A program made the translations under genes and the position numbers. This document shows, in pieces, positions 29,708-40,900 of a stretch of 64,000 bases of DNA; position 1 is the first letter of the stretch, and the number at the start of each line of letters is the position of its first letter. Below the pieces are notes generated by a model that worked only from the letters and a program-made list of their open reading frames with translations, searched no databases and was not told the DNA's origin. The stretch is from positions 5,612 to 69,611 of the forward strand of contig CAZLMG010000001.1 of NCBI GenBank assembly GCA_964560765.1, read 5' to 3'. The DNA comes from an uncultured Oligoflexales bacterium (lineage in GTDB: Bacteria; Bdellovibrionota_B; Oligoflexia; Oligoflexales; CAZLMG01).

Positions 29708-30979
29708 TTACCGGCAGCCGTAGCTTTCCGACAGAAAAAATCCGCGAAACGCTGACTGCAGGGTCTCTCCATTGGTGAGGTAACTTTGTTCAATCGACTT
29801 CACCATGCCTTCGTCAGGCGTGATATTCGCCATCATCTGTGGAACCTGAGTTCCCAGCGCTTGCCCCAAAGTCGGTGCCTTCGCAATCAAGCTGCCCAGG
29901 CCAGCAAGTCCCAGGAACTGTTCGGGCGGCTTTCCTGGGCCGTTGGACCAACAGGAGTTGGGCTCGGCCAAAATTGCCTTCAGGTGCTCGACACTGACTC
30001 CTTGCCGCTCTTGGGCGGGTAATGCTTCGATGTCCGTCAGTTTCAGCAGCTCGCCGCGCGTCCCAAATCGGCGGAATGCAATAGACAACGGAGCCAGATA
30101 GGGTGAGTGGCAACCAGAACAAGTGGATCCTGCCGTCGGTACGGCCGCCGTACCAAAGATCAAGCCTTCTCCGGATACACGTGTATCCGTCGCCGGTACG
30201 CAATCGGCCATGGGAATCAACGGTCCATCCCCAGCTGGGCCGTTGGTCGCAGCCAACAACTGGAAACCCTGGGCGAAATACACGGCCGCCGCTACACGGT
30301 GATAGTTGTTGTTAGGCTTAAAGAATGCTTGCGGGTTATCCGGTGTTGAAGACGCGCGCAAAACGCTGACCAAGCCCAAGAATCCACTACGTTCGGGCGG
30401 CATGATGCACGACACAAAGCCTTCGGTATTGAAAATAGGATAGTCGTAGAGTCGCGCTGTGCGTTGCGAGCACAGAATGTCGCGCGTCTCCCAAAACCAA
30501 GACCACTTCTTGTCTTTATTGCGCAGGAAGAGAATGACCGGTTCTTGTTTTAGGTCCTCAGCAAGTGCCACCGAGGTCGGATCCTGCGGATCATCAGGCG
30601 CGATGTTGCTGACGCGAAACAAACTGGCGATGAAGCGCGTATACCCATCGTCTGCTTGTGGCGACGATAAAACGCCATCGACGAAAGTTTCGGGATTGAA
30701 GTCTGGCGACTGGGCCAATGCCAGTTCCTCTTTGTTCGGCGGCCGACCGTACATGTCTTGGATGACATTGGTGACAAAGACGTGATTCGGCGGAACTTCC
30801 TGGCATTGACTCAGAAAGTTGACCGGCTCGGCGTCGAGTGAATTATCGGTCTTGGGCTGAGGGTGGCTGGCGGCCTTTGAAGGTTCAACCCCACAGCCTC
30901 CGAGGACCTGCGCGACGAGGCATGCTCCCAGCAAAGTGCTGGTTCGCCAAGCCGTCTGGACGTGCTTCATATCCATCAT
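29708..30979 (-). CDS. exported CXXCH-motif protein (DUF1592/DUF1588-like, unverified)
   Basis: A signal peptide with LGGC is present. YGRPPNKEELALA...VLSSPQ and CSGCHSPYLAPL are reminiscent of the haem-motif partners of DUF1552/DUF1501 proteins. Confidence 0.45.
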   Translation of the reverse strand: MMDMKHVQTAWRTSTLLGACLVAQVLGGCGVEPSKAASHPQPKTDNSLDAEPVNFLSQCQEVPPNHVFVTNVIQDMYGRPPNKEELALAQSPDFNPETFVDGVLSSPQADDGYTRFIASLFRVSNIAPDDPQDPTSVALAEDLKQEPVILFLRNKDKKWSWFWETRDILCSQRTARLYDYPIFNTEGFVSCIMPPERSGFLGLVSVLRASSTPDNPQAFFKPNNNYHRVAAAVYFAQGFQLLAATNGPAGDGPLIPMADCVPATDTRVSGEGLIFGTAAVPTAGSTCSGCHSPYLAPLSIAFRRFGTRGELLKLTDIEALPAQERQGVSVEHLKAILAEPNSCWSNGPGKPPEQFLGLAGLGSLIAKAPTLGQALGTQVPQMMANITPDEGMVKSIEQSYLTNGETLQSAFRGFFLSESYGCR

Positions 30980-31190
30980 GGTATTCCTCTAAGCGGCATC
31001 CCAAATCTGGGCCAGGTTCACAGCGCCCGAATCGCGGGCAGAAAGCCCTGTCGACCGCCGCTTGAGGAAGTTTAATGATTTCTGATTTTGACTTGTAGTT
31101 TTAGGGCGTTCCCATAAAGCCTAAAGATTGGGAATGGCCAGGCGCGGAAAGGTTTTCGCACCCCGGCAATTTGATTTGGCAAGAAACTGA

Positions 31191-31973
31191 TTAGCGGCAG
31201 AGTTTTAGCTTCTTGAGCTGCGGATAGAAGCCTTCGTGAGCCTTCAGACCTTGATGCCAGTCCTTGACCGTCATCGGTGTCAAATGGTTTGCGTCCCAAG
31301 GTAGCTCATGCTTTCGGCTTTGGTCATCGAATACCAAGATTCGACCACCGCCGATGCTAGTCACGCCGTCGACAACAACACGACGACGCTCGATACCGCG
31401 CGTCTGATACTCCTGCTTGGCCCGCATCGAATCGACCGAGCAGTTACGGTCAGCGACGATCATCGCCAAGGCTTCATACAAGGAAACAGCGTCGGCATTA
31501 TCGGCGGTCCTTCGTGGCGCGTCCTCCATCAGCTGCGCCAACTCCTGGCGATCGATCGTGCTCGATACCTCGCCGGCGCCAGCAGCGCCTGGAAAGATCT
31601 TTGTTTCGTAACCGAAATAGATGATGCTGTGGAGTCCGGAGGGAGGCGCACCCAATTGCACTTCCACCTCGCCATTGCTGTAGCAAGGGCAGCGGTCGCC
31701 TGTCGGCGTCAGGGAAAGCCGATGATCGGACGTAATTTCGCCAGTGGCGTCCTTTACCACACTCGAACTGAAGAGAATTTCCTTGTTGATATCGACGATC
31801 TCAATCACATAGCTCAAACGCACGGTCTCGCGTTTGTGGACGAATTCCAATTCGCCCTGCAGCGTCTTATTCGACGGCTTGATGCCGCGCTCTTCCGATA
31901 GGGCCGAATTCGTCGTGCGACAGCCCACCAACGCCAGCCCGGAACACAGTATCCCTAGAATGACTACTTTCAT
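31191..31973 (-). CDS. lipoprotein, function unknown
   Basis: The internal ATG 31973 gives MKVVILGILCSGLALVGC, a signal peptide with lipobox. The upstream 67 codons of the track ORF have no signal-peptide logic. Confidence 0.5.
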   Translation of the reverse strand: MKVVILGILCSGLALVGCRTTNSALSEERGIKPSNKTLQGELEFVHKRETVRLSYVIEIVDINKEILFSSSVVKDATGEITSDHRLSLTPTGDRCPCYSNGEVEVQLGAPPSGLHSIIYFGYETKIFPGAAGAGEVSSTIDRQELAQLMEDAPRRTADNADAVSLYEALAMIVADRNCSVDSMRAKQEYQTRGIERRRVVVDGVTSIGGGRILVFDDQSRKHELPWDANHLTPMTVKDWHQGLKAHEGFYPQLKKLKLCR

Positions 31974-32303
31974 CCAATACGCCCTTTCTCTATGGTGAAC
32001 GTGACATCGCGGACACCGCTGTGCCGCAAGAATTTGACGGAAGAAGGCATGCAATCTGGTGACCGATGTGAACAGCGAGATATCGTTGTTGTGCAGGAGG
32101 AAACAGCCGTTTGCATACGCTGCACTTGCTACTGATTTCGAGAAAAGGGGCTGGATAATTAGAGTGATGCTCACATTTCAGACGTCATTTTCTGCATAAA
32201 ATTCCAGGAAAGGAGATAGTTCGATACAATCTTTGGACTTTCAGGAGAAAGGCGCGAGTTTAGGCCCCAAGCGGCCGCTTGGAGCCTGATGTTGCTGATA
32301 TAC

Positions 32304-33422
32304 TTACTCGATCGCCTCAACCGCACAGCCCGTGCTGGTCTTATTGACGGTCACTTTGTTACCGACTTCCTTGCCGTCAACCTTGCCGGAGAATTCCACC
32401 ACATAAGAATTCTCAGCGGCTTTCGTCAAATCATAGGAGACGAATCCGTTCATCGGCTTGCCGTTGGCCGTGCCCGACATATCCATGTTTCCCGCAAACG
32501 CCGGACTCTCGCCGCCGGTTAGACTCAAGTTGAAGGCAACAGACATATTGGTGGTCCCATCCTCGCCACCTTCCAAAATGACCTTCGTTTTGCCACCAAG
32601 AACCACCGTCGACGTCTCTGTGTCCGCATACATTTCCTGCGCACCATTCATGACCATTTTAACTTTTTTGGTCTGGCCATTTTCCTCGCCAGACATTTCG
32701 AAGGTGAGGTCGCTCGCGAACATGGCAGCAACCGTATTCTCGCCTGCACCCGCAGCCATCTCGAAATTTGGCAAGAAAGACCCGAAAATATTCTCGCTGC
32801 CGCTCGACGTCGTCTTCTTGGTTGCCTTGAGGTGATAGGCGTACTTGGTGGTCGTGACTTTGGTCACCGTGTAGTAATCCGGAATCTCTTCTGTCTTTAG
32901 CTCAAAATTTTCGTCGACGTACTCTTGCGGATCAGACAGGCTGGAAAAGAAGGAGTTCACATCGTCCGAATTTTTTGCGAGCGAATTGAAAAAGTCATCA
33001 CAGTCGCCGCCCACCTCTAACCCCTTGCCGAAGTTTTCCAGAGACTCGGTTTCTTCTTCCTCTTCTTCTTCATCAGTTGCCGCGCGTACCAAATTCTTGA
33101 AGCCCATGAATCGCAAGGTGCCCAGAACCGCGGCCGAGGAATCACCGCGCGCGTTGCGGCGCGCGCCGATGGAGCCGCTCAGGCCAAGTTCCGTACGCGC
33201 CTCGCCAACGATCTCAGAGCTTACGTCAGAAATGGCGGTACCGAGGGCAGAAGCGGTGGTCGCCGTATTGGTGAAGTCGCTGGGTACTACCTTGGTCTCC
33301 GGGGGATTGGGGTTGCCGCTGCCACCGCCGCCATCCTCTTCCGAGCCGCATTGCACAACAAATGCCGCCAGGGCCGCCAAAACGCCCGCTTTCATCCATG
33401 CTCGCATGAGATCCCCCGTCAA
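32304..33422 (-). CDS. lipoprotein with poly-Glu tract, function unknown
   Basis: MRAWMKAGVLAALAAFVVQC gives a signal peptide with lipobox, followed by a GGGGSGNPNPP linker and an EEEEEEETE run. Confidence 0.5.
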   Translation of the reverse strand: MTGDLMRAWMKAGVLAALAAFVVQCGSEEDGGGGSGNPNPPETKVVPSDFTNTATTASALGTAISDVSSEIVGEARTELGLSGSIGARRNARGDSSAAVLGTLRFMGFKNLVRAATDEEEEEEETESLENFGKGLEVGGDCDDFFNSLAKNSDDVNSFFSSLSDPQEYVDENFELKTEEIPDYYTVTKVTTTKYAYHLKATKKTTSSGSENIFGSFLPNFEMAAGAGENTVAAMFASDLTFEMSGEENGQTKKVKMVMNGAQEMYADTETSTVVLGGKTKVILEGGEDGTTNMSVAFNLSLTGGESPAFAGNMDMSGTANGKPMNGFVSYDLTKAAENSYVVEFSGKVDGKEVGNKVTVNKTSTGCAVEAIE

Positions 33423-33487
33423 AATGATGGTTTTGGCAGAGTTTACTGCTAATTAGCTCCAGGGACAACCCGCATGAACCTACTTAA

Positions 33488-33511
33488 AAGTTTTTATATA
33501 TAAAAAAACTT
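33488..33511. promoter_or_regulatory. AT-only near-palindrome upstream of sahR-ahcY
   Basis: AAGTTTTTATATATAAAAAAACTT has arms AAGTTTTT and AAAAAAACTT around an ATATAT centre. It is embedded in a striking AT island about 80 nt upstream of the sahR ATG, in otherwise GC-rich DNA. Confidence 0.35.
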
Positions 33512-33590
33512 AAATATAGATTGGACTTCTGCCGATGAGGTTGTTAGGTTCGGGAAATGGGGCGTCAGCCCTCTTCTAGATTAGGATGTT

Positions 33591-34583
33591 ATGGCCCAGC
33601 CTGTGACGATATCGCCGGCAGCGCCCACAGCCCGCCTCGACGAGGAGGCTTTGGCCGCCCTATGCAAAGCAGCGTCCGACCCGCTGCGTATCGATATTAT
33701 GCGCGTGCTGAGCCGCGACTCCTTCGGCGTCCAGGAACTATCCCGCATCTTTGCCATGCCTCAGCCCGGCATGAGCCACCATTTGAAGATATTGGCTAAA
33801 GCCGGGCTGCTCACGACCAAGCGCGAGGGCAATTCCATCTTCTATCGCCGGGCCTTGGTTTCGTCATTACCGCGATTCGCCGATCTACAACACAGCCTCT
33901 ACGCAGCCATCGACTCCTGCACCCTGCCCGATGACCTAACCGCCCGCATCGACGTAGTGCATCAGGAGCGGGCGATGCAGGCACGACAATTTTTTGAGCT
34001 GAACGCGGAAAAATTCGCCGAACAGCAGGCGCAACTCTGTGAACTCAGCCATTACCTGACGAACCTGACGGAAATGTTGTCATTGCTGCCCAAACCCGAA
34101 GCCGCCAGCGTTTTGGAGGTCGGTCCGGGGCACGGAGAACTCCTGGCTCTGGTGGCTGAGCGTTTTGCCCGCGTCGTCGCCTTGGATAGTTCCGACGAGA
34201 TGCTGACCATGGCACGCTCGCGTCGGGAAACAGATCGGCCGAACATTCACTTTGTGCACAGCGACCTGACGCGTTTTTCCGCCAGTGGCGAGCAGTTCAA
34301 CATCGCCATTTTGAATATGGTGCTGCATCATATGCCCTCGCCGCCCGCCGTGTTTCACGAGTTGCGGCGGGTGCTCGCTGATCCAGGCTATCTGCTGCTG
34401 GCCGATCTCTGTCCGCACGAGCAGGAATGGGCGCAAGCATCATGCGGTGACCTGTGGCTAGGTTTCGCACCCGAGGAAGTCGACACATGGGCCAAGGATG
34501 CCGGCTTTGCCCCCATGCAGAGCCAGTACATCGGTTTGAAGAATGGGTTTCAAATACAGCTCAAGCTGTTTGAACGTTGGTGA
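33591..34583 (+). CDS. sahR: SahR-like regulator: ArsR-type wHTH fused to a SAM-methyltransferase-fold effector domain
   Basis: The ArsR HTH reads DPLRIDIMRVLSRDSFGVQELSRIFAMPQPGMSHHLKILAKAGLL. The methyltransferase motif I is VLEVGPGHGELL...VVALDSS. The gene lies immediately upstream of ahcY, which is the context described for SahR. Confidence 0.7.
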   Translation: MAQPVTISPAAPTARLDEEALAALCKAASDPLRIDIMRVLSRDSFGVQELSRIFAMPQPGMSHHLKILAKAGLLTTKREGNSIFYRRALVSSLPRFADLQHSLYAAIDSCTLPDDLTARIDVVHQERAMQARQFFELNAEKFAEQQAQLCELSHYLTNLTEMLSLLPKPEAASVLEVGPGHGELLALVAERFARVVALDSSDEMLTMARSRRETDRPNIHFVHSDLTRFSASGEQFNIAILNMVLHHMPSPPAVFHELRRVLADPGYLLLADLCPHEQEWAQASCGDLWLGFAPEEVDTWAKDAGFAPMQSQYIGLKNGFQIQLKLFERW

Positions 34584-34619
34584 TGATTGGTAATTTTTTC
34601 CCGTGAAAGGAAACGCAAG

Positions 34620-35981
34620 ATGACAAAGCATGATTACAAGGTAGCAGACATGAGTTTGGCGGATTTCGGCCGCCGCGAGATCAAACTCGCCGAACGTGAA
34701 ATGCCAGCCCTGATGGCCCTGCGCAAGCGCTACGGCAAAGAGCAGCCATTGAAGGGCGCGAAAATCATCGGCTGCATTCACATGACCATTCAAACAGCCG
34801 TGCTGATTGAAACATTGGTCGACTTGGGCGCGGAAGTTCGCTGGTCGTCTTGCAATATCTTCTCGACGCAAGATCACGCAGCGGCCGCCATCGCTGCCCG
34901 CGGAATCGCTGTCTATGCCTGGAAGGGACAGACGGTTGAAGAAGGTGATTGGTGCATCGAGCAAACGATTCTCAAAGACGGTAAGCCATGGGATGCCAAC
35001 ATGCTGCTCGACGACGGCGGCGACTTGACGCAAATGGTGCACAATAAGTATCCGCAGATGCTGAACAAGATTCACGGCATCACAGAAGAGACCACCACTG
35101 GCGTGCATCGCTTGATGGACATGATGAAAAAGGGCGAACTGAAAGTGCCCGCTATCAACGTCAACGACTCCATCACCAAATCGAAGAACGACAACAAGTA
35201 CGGCTGCCGCCACAGTTTGAACGACGCCATCAAGCGCGGTACGGACATGCTGCTTTCCGGCAAGAAGGCCCTGGTTATTGGCTACGGCGACGTGGGCAAA
35301 GGATCAGCGCAAAGCTTGCGCCAAGAAGGCATGATCGTGCGCGTGACCGAGATCGATCCGATCTGCGCCATGCAGGCATGCATGGATGGTTATGAAGTTG
35401 TGTCTCCTTACAAGAATGGCATCAATACTGGCAAAGAAGCCGATCTGAATTTATCCCTGTTGCAAAGCACGGATCTGATTGTGACCACCACCGGCAACAT
35501 CAACGTTTGCGATAAGTTCATGCTGGCGAATGTGAAGTCTGGCGCTGTGGTCTGCAACATCGGCCACTTTGATAACGAGATCGACACGCAGTTCTTGCGC
35601 GACAAGTACGAGTGGCAAGAAGTGAAGCCGCAGGTCCACAAGATTCACCGGGATGCCAAGGACGAAGAGAACTACATCATCCTCTTGTCCGAAGGCCGCT
35701 TGGTGAACCTTGGCAACGCCACTGGCCACCCATCGCGCATCATGGACGGCTCGTTCACCAACCAAGTGTTGGCGCAAATGTACCTGTATGAGCGCCGCTG
35801 GGCCGACAAGAAGGACAAGCCCGTGTACTTGACCGTCCTGCCGAAGAAATTAGACGAAGAAGTGGCCAAGCACATGGTCGAGGGCTTTGGTGGCGTGATC
35901 ACCAAGCTAACCAACGATCAGGCCAAGTACATCGGTGTCGAAGTGGAAGGGCCTTTCAAGGCTAACGACTACAAGTACTAA
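34620..35981 (+). CDS. ahcY: adenosylhomocysteinase
   Basis: [66 protein letters not shown] and IGHFDNEID are full-length AhcY hallmarks. ATG 34620 is preferred over 34587. Confidence 0.95.
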   Translation: MTKHDYKVADMSLADFGRREIKLAEREMPALMALRKRYGKEQPLKGAKIIGCIHMTIQTAVLIETLVDLGAEVRWSSCNIFSTQDHAAAAIAARGIAVYAWKGQTVEEGDWCIEQTILKDGKPWDANMLLDDGGDLTQMVHNKYPQMLNKIHGITEETTTGVHRLMDMMKKGELKVPAINVNDSITKSKNDNKYGCRHSLNDAIKRGTDMLLSGKKALVIGYGDVGKGSAQSLRQEGMIVRVTEIDPICAMQACMDGYEVVSPYKNGINTGKEADLNLSLLQSTDLIVTTTGNINVCDKFMLANVKSGAVVCNIGHFDNEIDTQFLRDKYEWQEVKPQVHKIHRDAKDEENYIILLSEGRLVNLGNATGHPSRIMDGSFTNQVLAQMYLYERRWADKKDKPVYLTVLPKKLDEEVAKHMVEGFGGVITKLTNDQAKYIGVEVEGPFKANDYKY

Positions 35982-36002
35982 GATTCTGGATGTATGATGA
36001 CG

Positions 36003-36038
36003 GCGCGGGCTGCGATGGTGGCCCGCGCTTGTTTATTT
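36003..36038. terminator. Rho-independent terminator between convergent ahcY and the 36033 gene
   Basis: GCGCGGGC (36003-36010) pairs perfectly with GCCCGCGC (36021-36028) across a 10-nt loop. TTGTTTATTT follows. Confidence 0.6.
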
Positions 36039-36494
36039 CGGCAATGCCTCGCACCGATTGTTAACACACCGGTTCACGTGGTTTTTGAAATTGTAACCAC
36101 AGTCAAAATTGCACTTGCCACATGTCTTGCCAAAGGCTTGCAATTGCGTCAGAACATCGGAAAAATCTGCGTCCGCATGAATCAGCAGACCGCAACCATA
36201 AGGACATCCCGAGTAGGGGGCGCGAACACAGTCGCTATCCGCGCTGCATGATCGCAGCAGATCGATTTGTGCTTTGATGTCTTTTTGCGTCTCTACACAA
36301 CTGAGCGCTGCACCTGCTCCCGTGGGCTGGGCCTCGGTTGCGGTTTCATGCGACGATTCGGCCGTCGCCTCCTGGTTGCTTTGTCCAGAAGTTGACTCTT
36401 TGGCTGGGGAACCGTTACCTGAATTGCCGTAATGCCTTGCATCACTGCAACCGATCAGCAACAGTACAAAAAGGTAAACGCTGCGTGAGCACAT
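36033..36494 (-). CDS. Cys-rich lipoprotein, function unknown
   Basis: ATG 36494 is preceded by GGGAAGGA. MCSRSVYLFVLLLIGC gives a lipobox. The mature part has a low-complexity linker and then about 12 Cys. Confidence 0.5.
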   Translation of the reverse strand: MCSRSVYLFVLLLIGCSDARHYGNSGNGSPAKESTSGQSNQEATAESSHETATEAQPTGAGAALSCVETQKDIKAQIDLLRSCSADSDCVRAPYSGCPYGCGLLIHADADFSDVLTQLQAFGKTCGKCNFDCGYNFKNHVNRCVNNRCEALPK

Positions 36495-36584
36495 AAGTCC
36501 TTCCCTCATGAAACACATCCAAAGGGAGCGCACTGGCGCTCCCGTGAACTCGTCAAAAATACTTTTGCAAAGAACGCATGAGCA

Positions 36585-37517
36585 CTACGGGGCCGTTGCG
36601 GTGCGCTTTCCGGGGCCCCAATTGAAATCAAGGAGCATCTTTCCATCGCGCAGCATATAGACGATGATGCTTCTGACGACGGCTTCATCTTCGGCGTGAA
36701 CGGGGCTGTACTTGTGATTTGGCATCGAATTACCCTCAGACTTGCTAACCAAACGCATGGGTATCGATTTTGGTGGCGTATGCGAGAAGAAGATCGCTTT
36801 TTCAAAGCCCTTCGCGACAGCCATTTCACTCATGAACTCACTCGAACCTTCCAACTCACCCAAGGCTAAAACGTCGCGATCGAATTTCTTTTTGGCGGCA
36901 GCGCGCTCGATGGACTCGGCATCTCGCGCAATGGCCACGGCCTTGTCAGAGGCGACCACCTTACAATCGGCGATGCGGCCACCAGCATTTGATAGAAAGT
37001 CACCTTCGCGGTAGCGCATCTCCCTTCCAGAAATCTCTAGCGCACCGCTGTCATTGCGAGACTGAATGAATTCAAAGCCGCTTTGACCATCTATGGACTG
37101 AAACGAATAGCATTTGTTACCGTTGGCAACGACGTCATCCCAGCAGCCTTGGGCAACGTATTGACTGATGGTAGCCCTGGTCGACACCAGAGTTGTCAGC
37201 GATTCTCTAGCATTCGGCTCAAGCCAAGGATTGCTGGATCGGATCGATATCCCACGGATGGTAAGGTGCCACATGGAGGGATTTAGGGAATCCCTTTGGG
37301 CGAATACTTCACCCCTAAGTTTGTTTTTGTCATAGCCAGCCTCGTTATCGGCATAATTGAAGACGCGACAGGCTAGCCCTTCGATATTCTCGGCAGGAAC
37401 TGCTGTCGCACTCCAACTCTTTTTGACAGATTCAGACACCGTCGATGCCTGCTGCGTTCGACAGCCTGTCATACTCACACCCACAACAACCACAAGCATT
37501 GGCACTTTCATCAGCAT
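36585..37517 (-). CDS. lipoprotein, function unknown
   Basis: ATG 37517 is preceded by GGAGAAAGTT. MLMKVPMLVVVVGVSMTGC gives a lipobox. Confidence 0.5.
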   Translation of the reverse strand: MLMKVPMLVVVVGVSMTGCRTQQASTVSESVKKSWSATAVPAENIEGLACRVFNYADNEAGYDKNKLRGEVFAQRDSLNPSMWHLTIRGISIRSSNPWLEPNARESLTTLVSTRATISQYVAQGCWDDVVANGNKCYSFQSIDGQSGFEFIQSRNDSGALEISGREMRYREGDFLSNAGGRIADCKVVASDKAVAIARDAESIERAAAKKKFDRDVLALGELEGSSEFMSEMAVAKGFEKAIFFSHTPPKSIPMRLVSKSEGNSMPNHKYSPVHAEDEAVVRSIIVYMLRDGKMLLDFNWGPGKRTATAP

Positions 37518-37741
37518 AACTTTCTCCAAAGAAGTTGTTCGTTCGCCTAACTCCCCCGCTGTTAAAAAACGAAGGCGCTGGTCAATTCTGCACGGGTTTC
37601 AAAGCAAGACTCGCGCTCAAGGAAACCAGCGCTGACTTGGGGCCATAAGCGCTTGGTTTCACTCATGACGGCTGGAAGTGTACCCCGCCGCGGCGCCGCT
37701 AGAGAGCGATTCTGCAATCTGCACTATCGATACAACCAACT

Positions 37742-37758
37742 AAAATCATATTGATTTT
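37742..37758. promoter_or_regulatory. inverted repeat AAAATCA-TAT-TGATTTT in a divergent intergenic region
   Basis: Perfect 7-bp arms with a 3-bp spacer, located between the divergent genes 36585-37517 (-) and 37978-41040 (+). It is a candidate operator only. Confidence 0.25.
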
Positions 37759-37977
37759 GATGGGCCAAATCGTAGCTTTCCCCTTCCAGCGTTGTCACCT
37801 GCGGCAATTCCCCGATTACACAGGTACAATGTGTGGGATCTGAAAAACATGCCTGCCATGTTGCCGCTTCTGCCAGCGCGAAGCGCAAGGCTTTACGCTA
37901 GTTGCAGCCAGTCGACAGTTGCGTATGCATGGCGGTCTTCTTGCAAAGAAGAGCCCAGTCGATAAGGAGCGAGATCA

Positions 37978-40900
37978 GTGTTGCGACACTCCCAACAAGG
38001 GAATCGGGCCACGGGCCGTTGGCTGGTAGGCATAGCTGCGCTCGCCTTGCTGCTCATATCGGCGTGCAAACAGCGGCACGCCATCGGCGAATTGCGCCTG
38101 TCCGCTGAAGGCGAGGCCGGGAATGAGAGTTACCAGCTAGCTCCCGGCGAGCACACATTCTTTCACTGGGGCAGTCGCCAGAGCAATCAACAACAACTTG
38201 AACAGGCGGGTGCGGCTGATGGGGAGCGTTCCCCTCTCGACCAACGCGTTTTTCAGTTGCTGGAACAATGGTATGAACAATCTGGGCGCAGGGATTTTGC
38301 CGGCTCTGGCTTTTATGTCTCTTCGAACCATTTGGATTCAGCTCACTATGGCGCTGATCTGATGATCGCGCAGATTACCGTCGGTAACGGTGGTCTTTTC
38401 GTCCCCTTCGAGCCAAATTTTCGCGACACCTCCAATCAGGCACGCGATCAAAATCGTCAGCAGCAACTGCCCCTCCTCGCCAAATATCGGGCGGATGTTG
38501 GATGGCACGTGATCTCCCGACCGCCTATGCCGAGTGATGACATTCAAATCAGCTTTCGTCGGCCCAAACCCGAAGACTTTCCGGGTGTATGGCGAACCTT
38601 TCCTCAGGATATCTATTCGGAGGAATTCATCAAAGCGGCACATGAAACGCTCTCCATACTATACCGCTCAAAACTTCGGGTCGACGCTAAGACGGCAGAG
38701 GCTGAAGCCTTGCTTGGCGAAGTAGCCCTGCGCGGCATTGCCGAGACTCTGCAAAAGTTCCGTCTCGACCAGCTGCCGAGCTATTTGGAAGATCAGTACC
38801 TACAAGTATTGCAGTCCCTGGCCGTCTTGTATCCAGAGCAATCCAGCGCGGCACGAACGTCCGCCGTGCTTGCGAACTCTAAGATCGCCATTGATCGTGC
38901 ATACAAGGGTGAAACGGTCGCTGTCGTCGCCAGCGCTTGGCCAGAGCTCGATCCCGTGCGCCGCGGGGAATGGCTGAACGCCTTCAGGAAAGACCTCGAT
39001 CAGTCTCGGGCAGCGCTAGCGGACATGATGGCGTTGAGCGAAGCTCTATTGCAAACTGGAGGTTATCAGCAAGATATCCAGCGCATCGTTGAGAACATTC
39101 TCCATCGGTCTGCGAACGGGCAATTGGCCCTCGGCGCGTTCCAGTCGGAGTCGATGCCAGCCGCCAGACGACTATTAGGAGAATCAGCGCCTCAAGTCGT
39201 TGCCAATGCCTTGGTGGCGCAAAGCTCGTTAAAATCGCATTATGCTGGCAGGGTGGGCGACCGCAGCCTAGTCCTGCGCGCCCGCCACCTCCTGTCATCC
39301 GCCCCCTTGCAAGATGCAGAGTTTCGCCAAGCCCTGCTCCAGAGCATAGATCGTCCACGACACTTTACCCCTGTGACAAGCAGCAAAGCCGATTTTCGTT
39401 CGGTGCTCTTTGTGGGCATGTGCGAGCAACTGAGCCTTCACCCGGAGCTAGATACGACAGAGTATCGCCTCGACCTCGCTCGCTTTCACCACAGACTATC
39501 GACACTCAACCCATTGTGGGCGCAGGAGACGGGCGTGCAGATCTACCTGACGGGAAAGGTACTGGACCCAACGGGATTCATGAGTTTTGTGCAACACATT
39601 CAACAAATGGTGCCCGCGAGTGCGAACGATCTGATGATCTCTCTGGACACCATTTCCCGCAACTTGAGTCGGGAGGGCTTCACGACCGCTGACGAACAGC
39701 GCTTTGTGACTCTGCGCAATACGCTGCAAGAGTCAGCCCGCAACCAACCCTCGACCAAGAATCCAAGCGATCGGCTGGCACAGTTGTTTCACTCGCAAGG
39801 ACTGAAATACAGATTCGAACAAGATCAGTTTGTCAAAGGGCGAACGCGCCTGCTAGAGCCCGTCTCAGGGTCGGCAGCATATAGTGAGTTAGCTCGAACT
39901 TACGTTCTGATAGATCCCATCTTTGTGACAGAAGACTTGCGGGCAAAGCAAGCCACGCGCCCCTATGAGCGATTCAATGAGGCCTATTCGGTCGGTGGCG
40001 TTAGCGAAAAGCAACCCACCTGGCAGAACTTTCTCTTTGCTTGGGAAAAAATGGCGGTCGGCTTCTTCGATGATGCCAGAAACATGTCGACCGGCGGAAG
40101 CCCACTGCAAGCATTCCAGATATGGGAACTGGCAGTGCAGCTGCGAGACCTGAACGTGGCCATGTTGTTTGGCAATGTGGAAGGTACTGGCTCGGCATCT
40201 AATGCCGAGGCTTCCTATGATCGCAGTCAATATGTGACGAAAATTTCGCGCAGCGAATGGCTGCGGCAGAACGGCGAACAAAATCGCACTGAACTATCTC
40301 GTTTCTTCGACATTTCAGATGCGGGAATACATATTGAGCTGCGCTTTAAGTCCGTCCAGGCACTAGCCAGCAAATTGCTGGATCCGGGGGAGTTTACGCA
40401 GGGTCAGCAAATCTATGCAGTGGCCGACATGTTGCTGCGCGAGGTTGTAAAAGAATCAGACCCGATACGTCGAGCCGCCAAGGTGCTGTACCTCATGCCC
40501 CGTATGCACCCGTTTAAAAACGGCAACGGCCGTTTGGGCCGCATGTGGGCTGCTCAGATTCTGGTTCGCGCCGGTCTACCCATGCCGGTAGGTTTGCCGA
40601 CGAACGACTTCCTGTTCACCGAGGAGCGCATGCAGCTGGAGGTGCGCAAGGCTTTAGCCATCGGCGCGATCTGGCAACGCGAACTAGAAAAGGCCGCTGC
40701 TGATGGGATGCCCGCCGAGCGGTTCTTTCAAGAAAGGGTTCGCAATCGCCCCCTAGAGGCCTTAACACTGCTCAGCGTGGGGGATTTGACCGCGCTCCAG
40801 ACTATCGTCACCGAGCTAGAAGCAAATCCCGGTCGCATACCAACTTGGTCTGCGGATATGGCGGCGCAGATCGATCGACTCATTTGGGAGAGCCGCGCGG

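Noticed and set aside
31974-32174. N-terminal extension of the 327-aa ORF
   Set aside because: ATG 31973 gives a canonical lipoprotein leader. The extension has no features.
32267-32282. Perfect 16-bp palindrome CCAAGCGGCCGCTTGG downstream of gene 32304-33422
   Set aside because: It could be a terminator stem, but it has no loop-plus-U-tract architecture. It is too short to be called a regulatory site with confidence.
34458-35213. 251-aa ORF antisense to sahR/ahcY
   Set aside because: It overlaps the highly conserved ahcY N-terminus on the opposite strand. It has no motif or RBS support.
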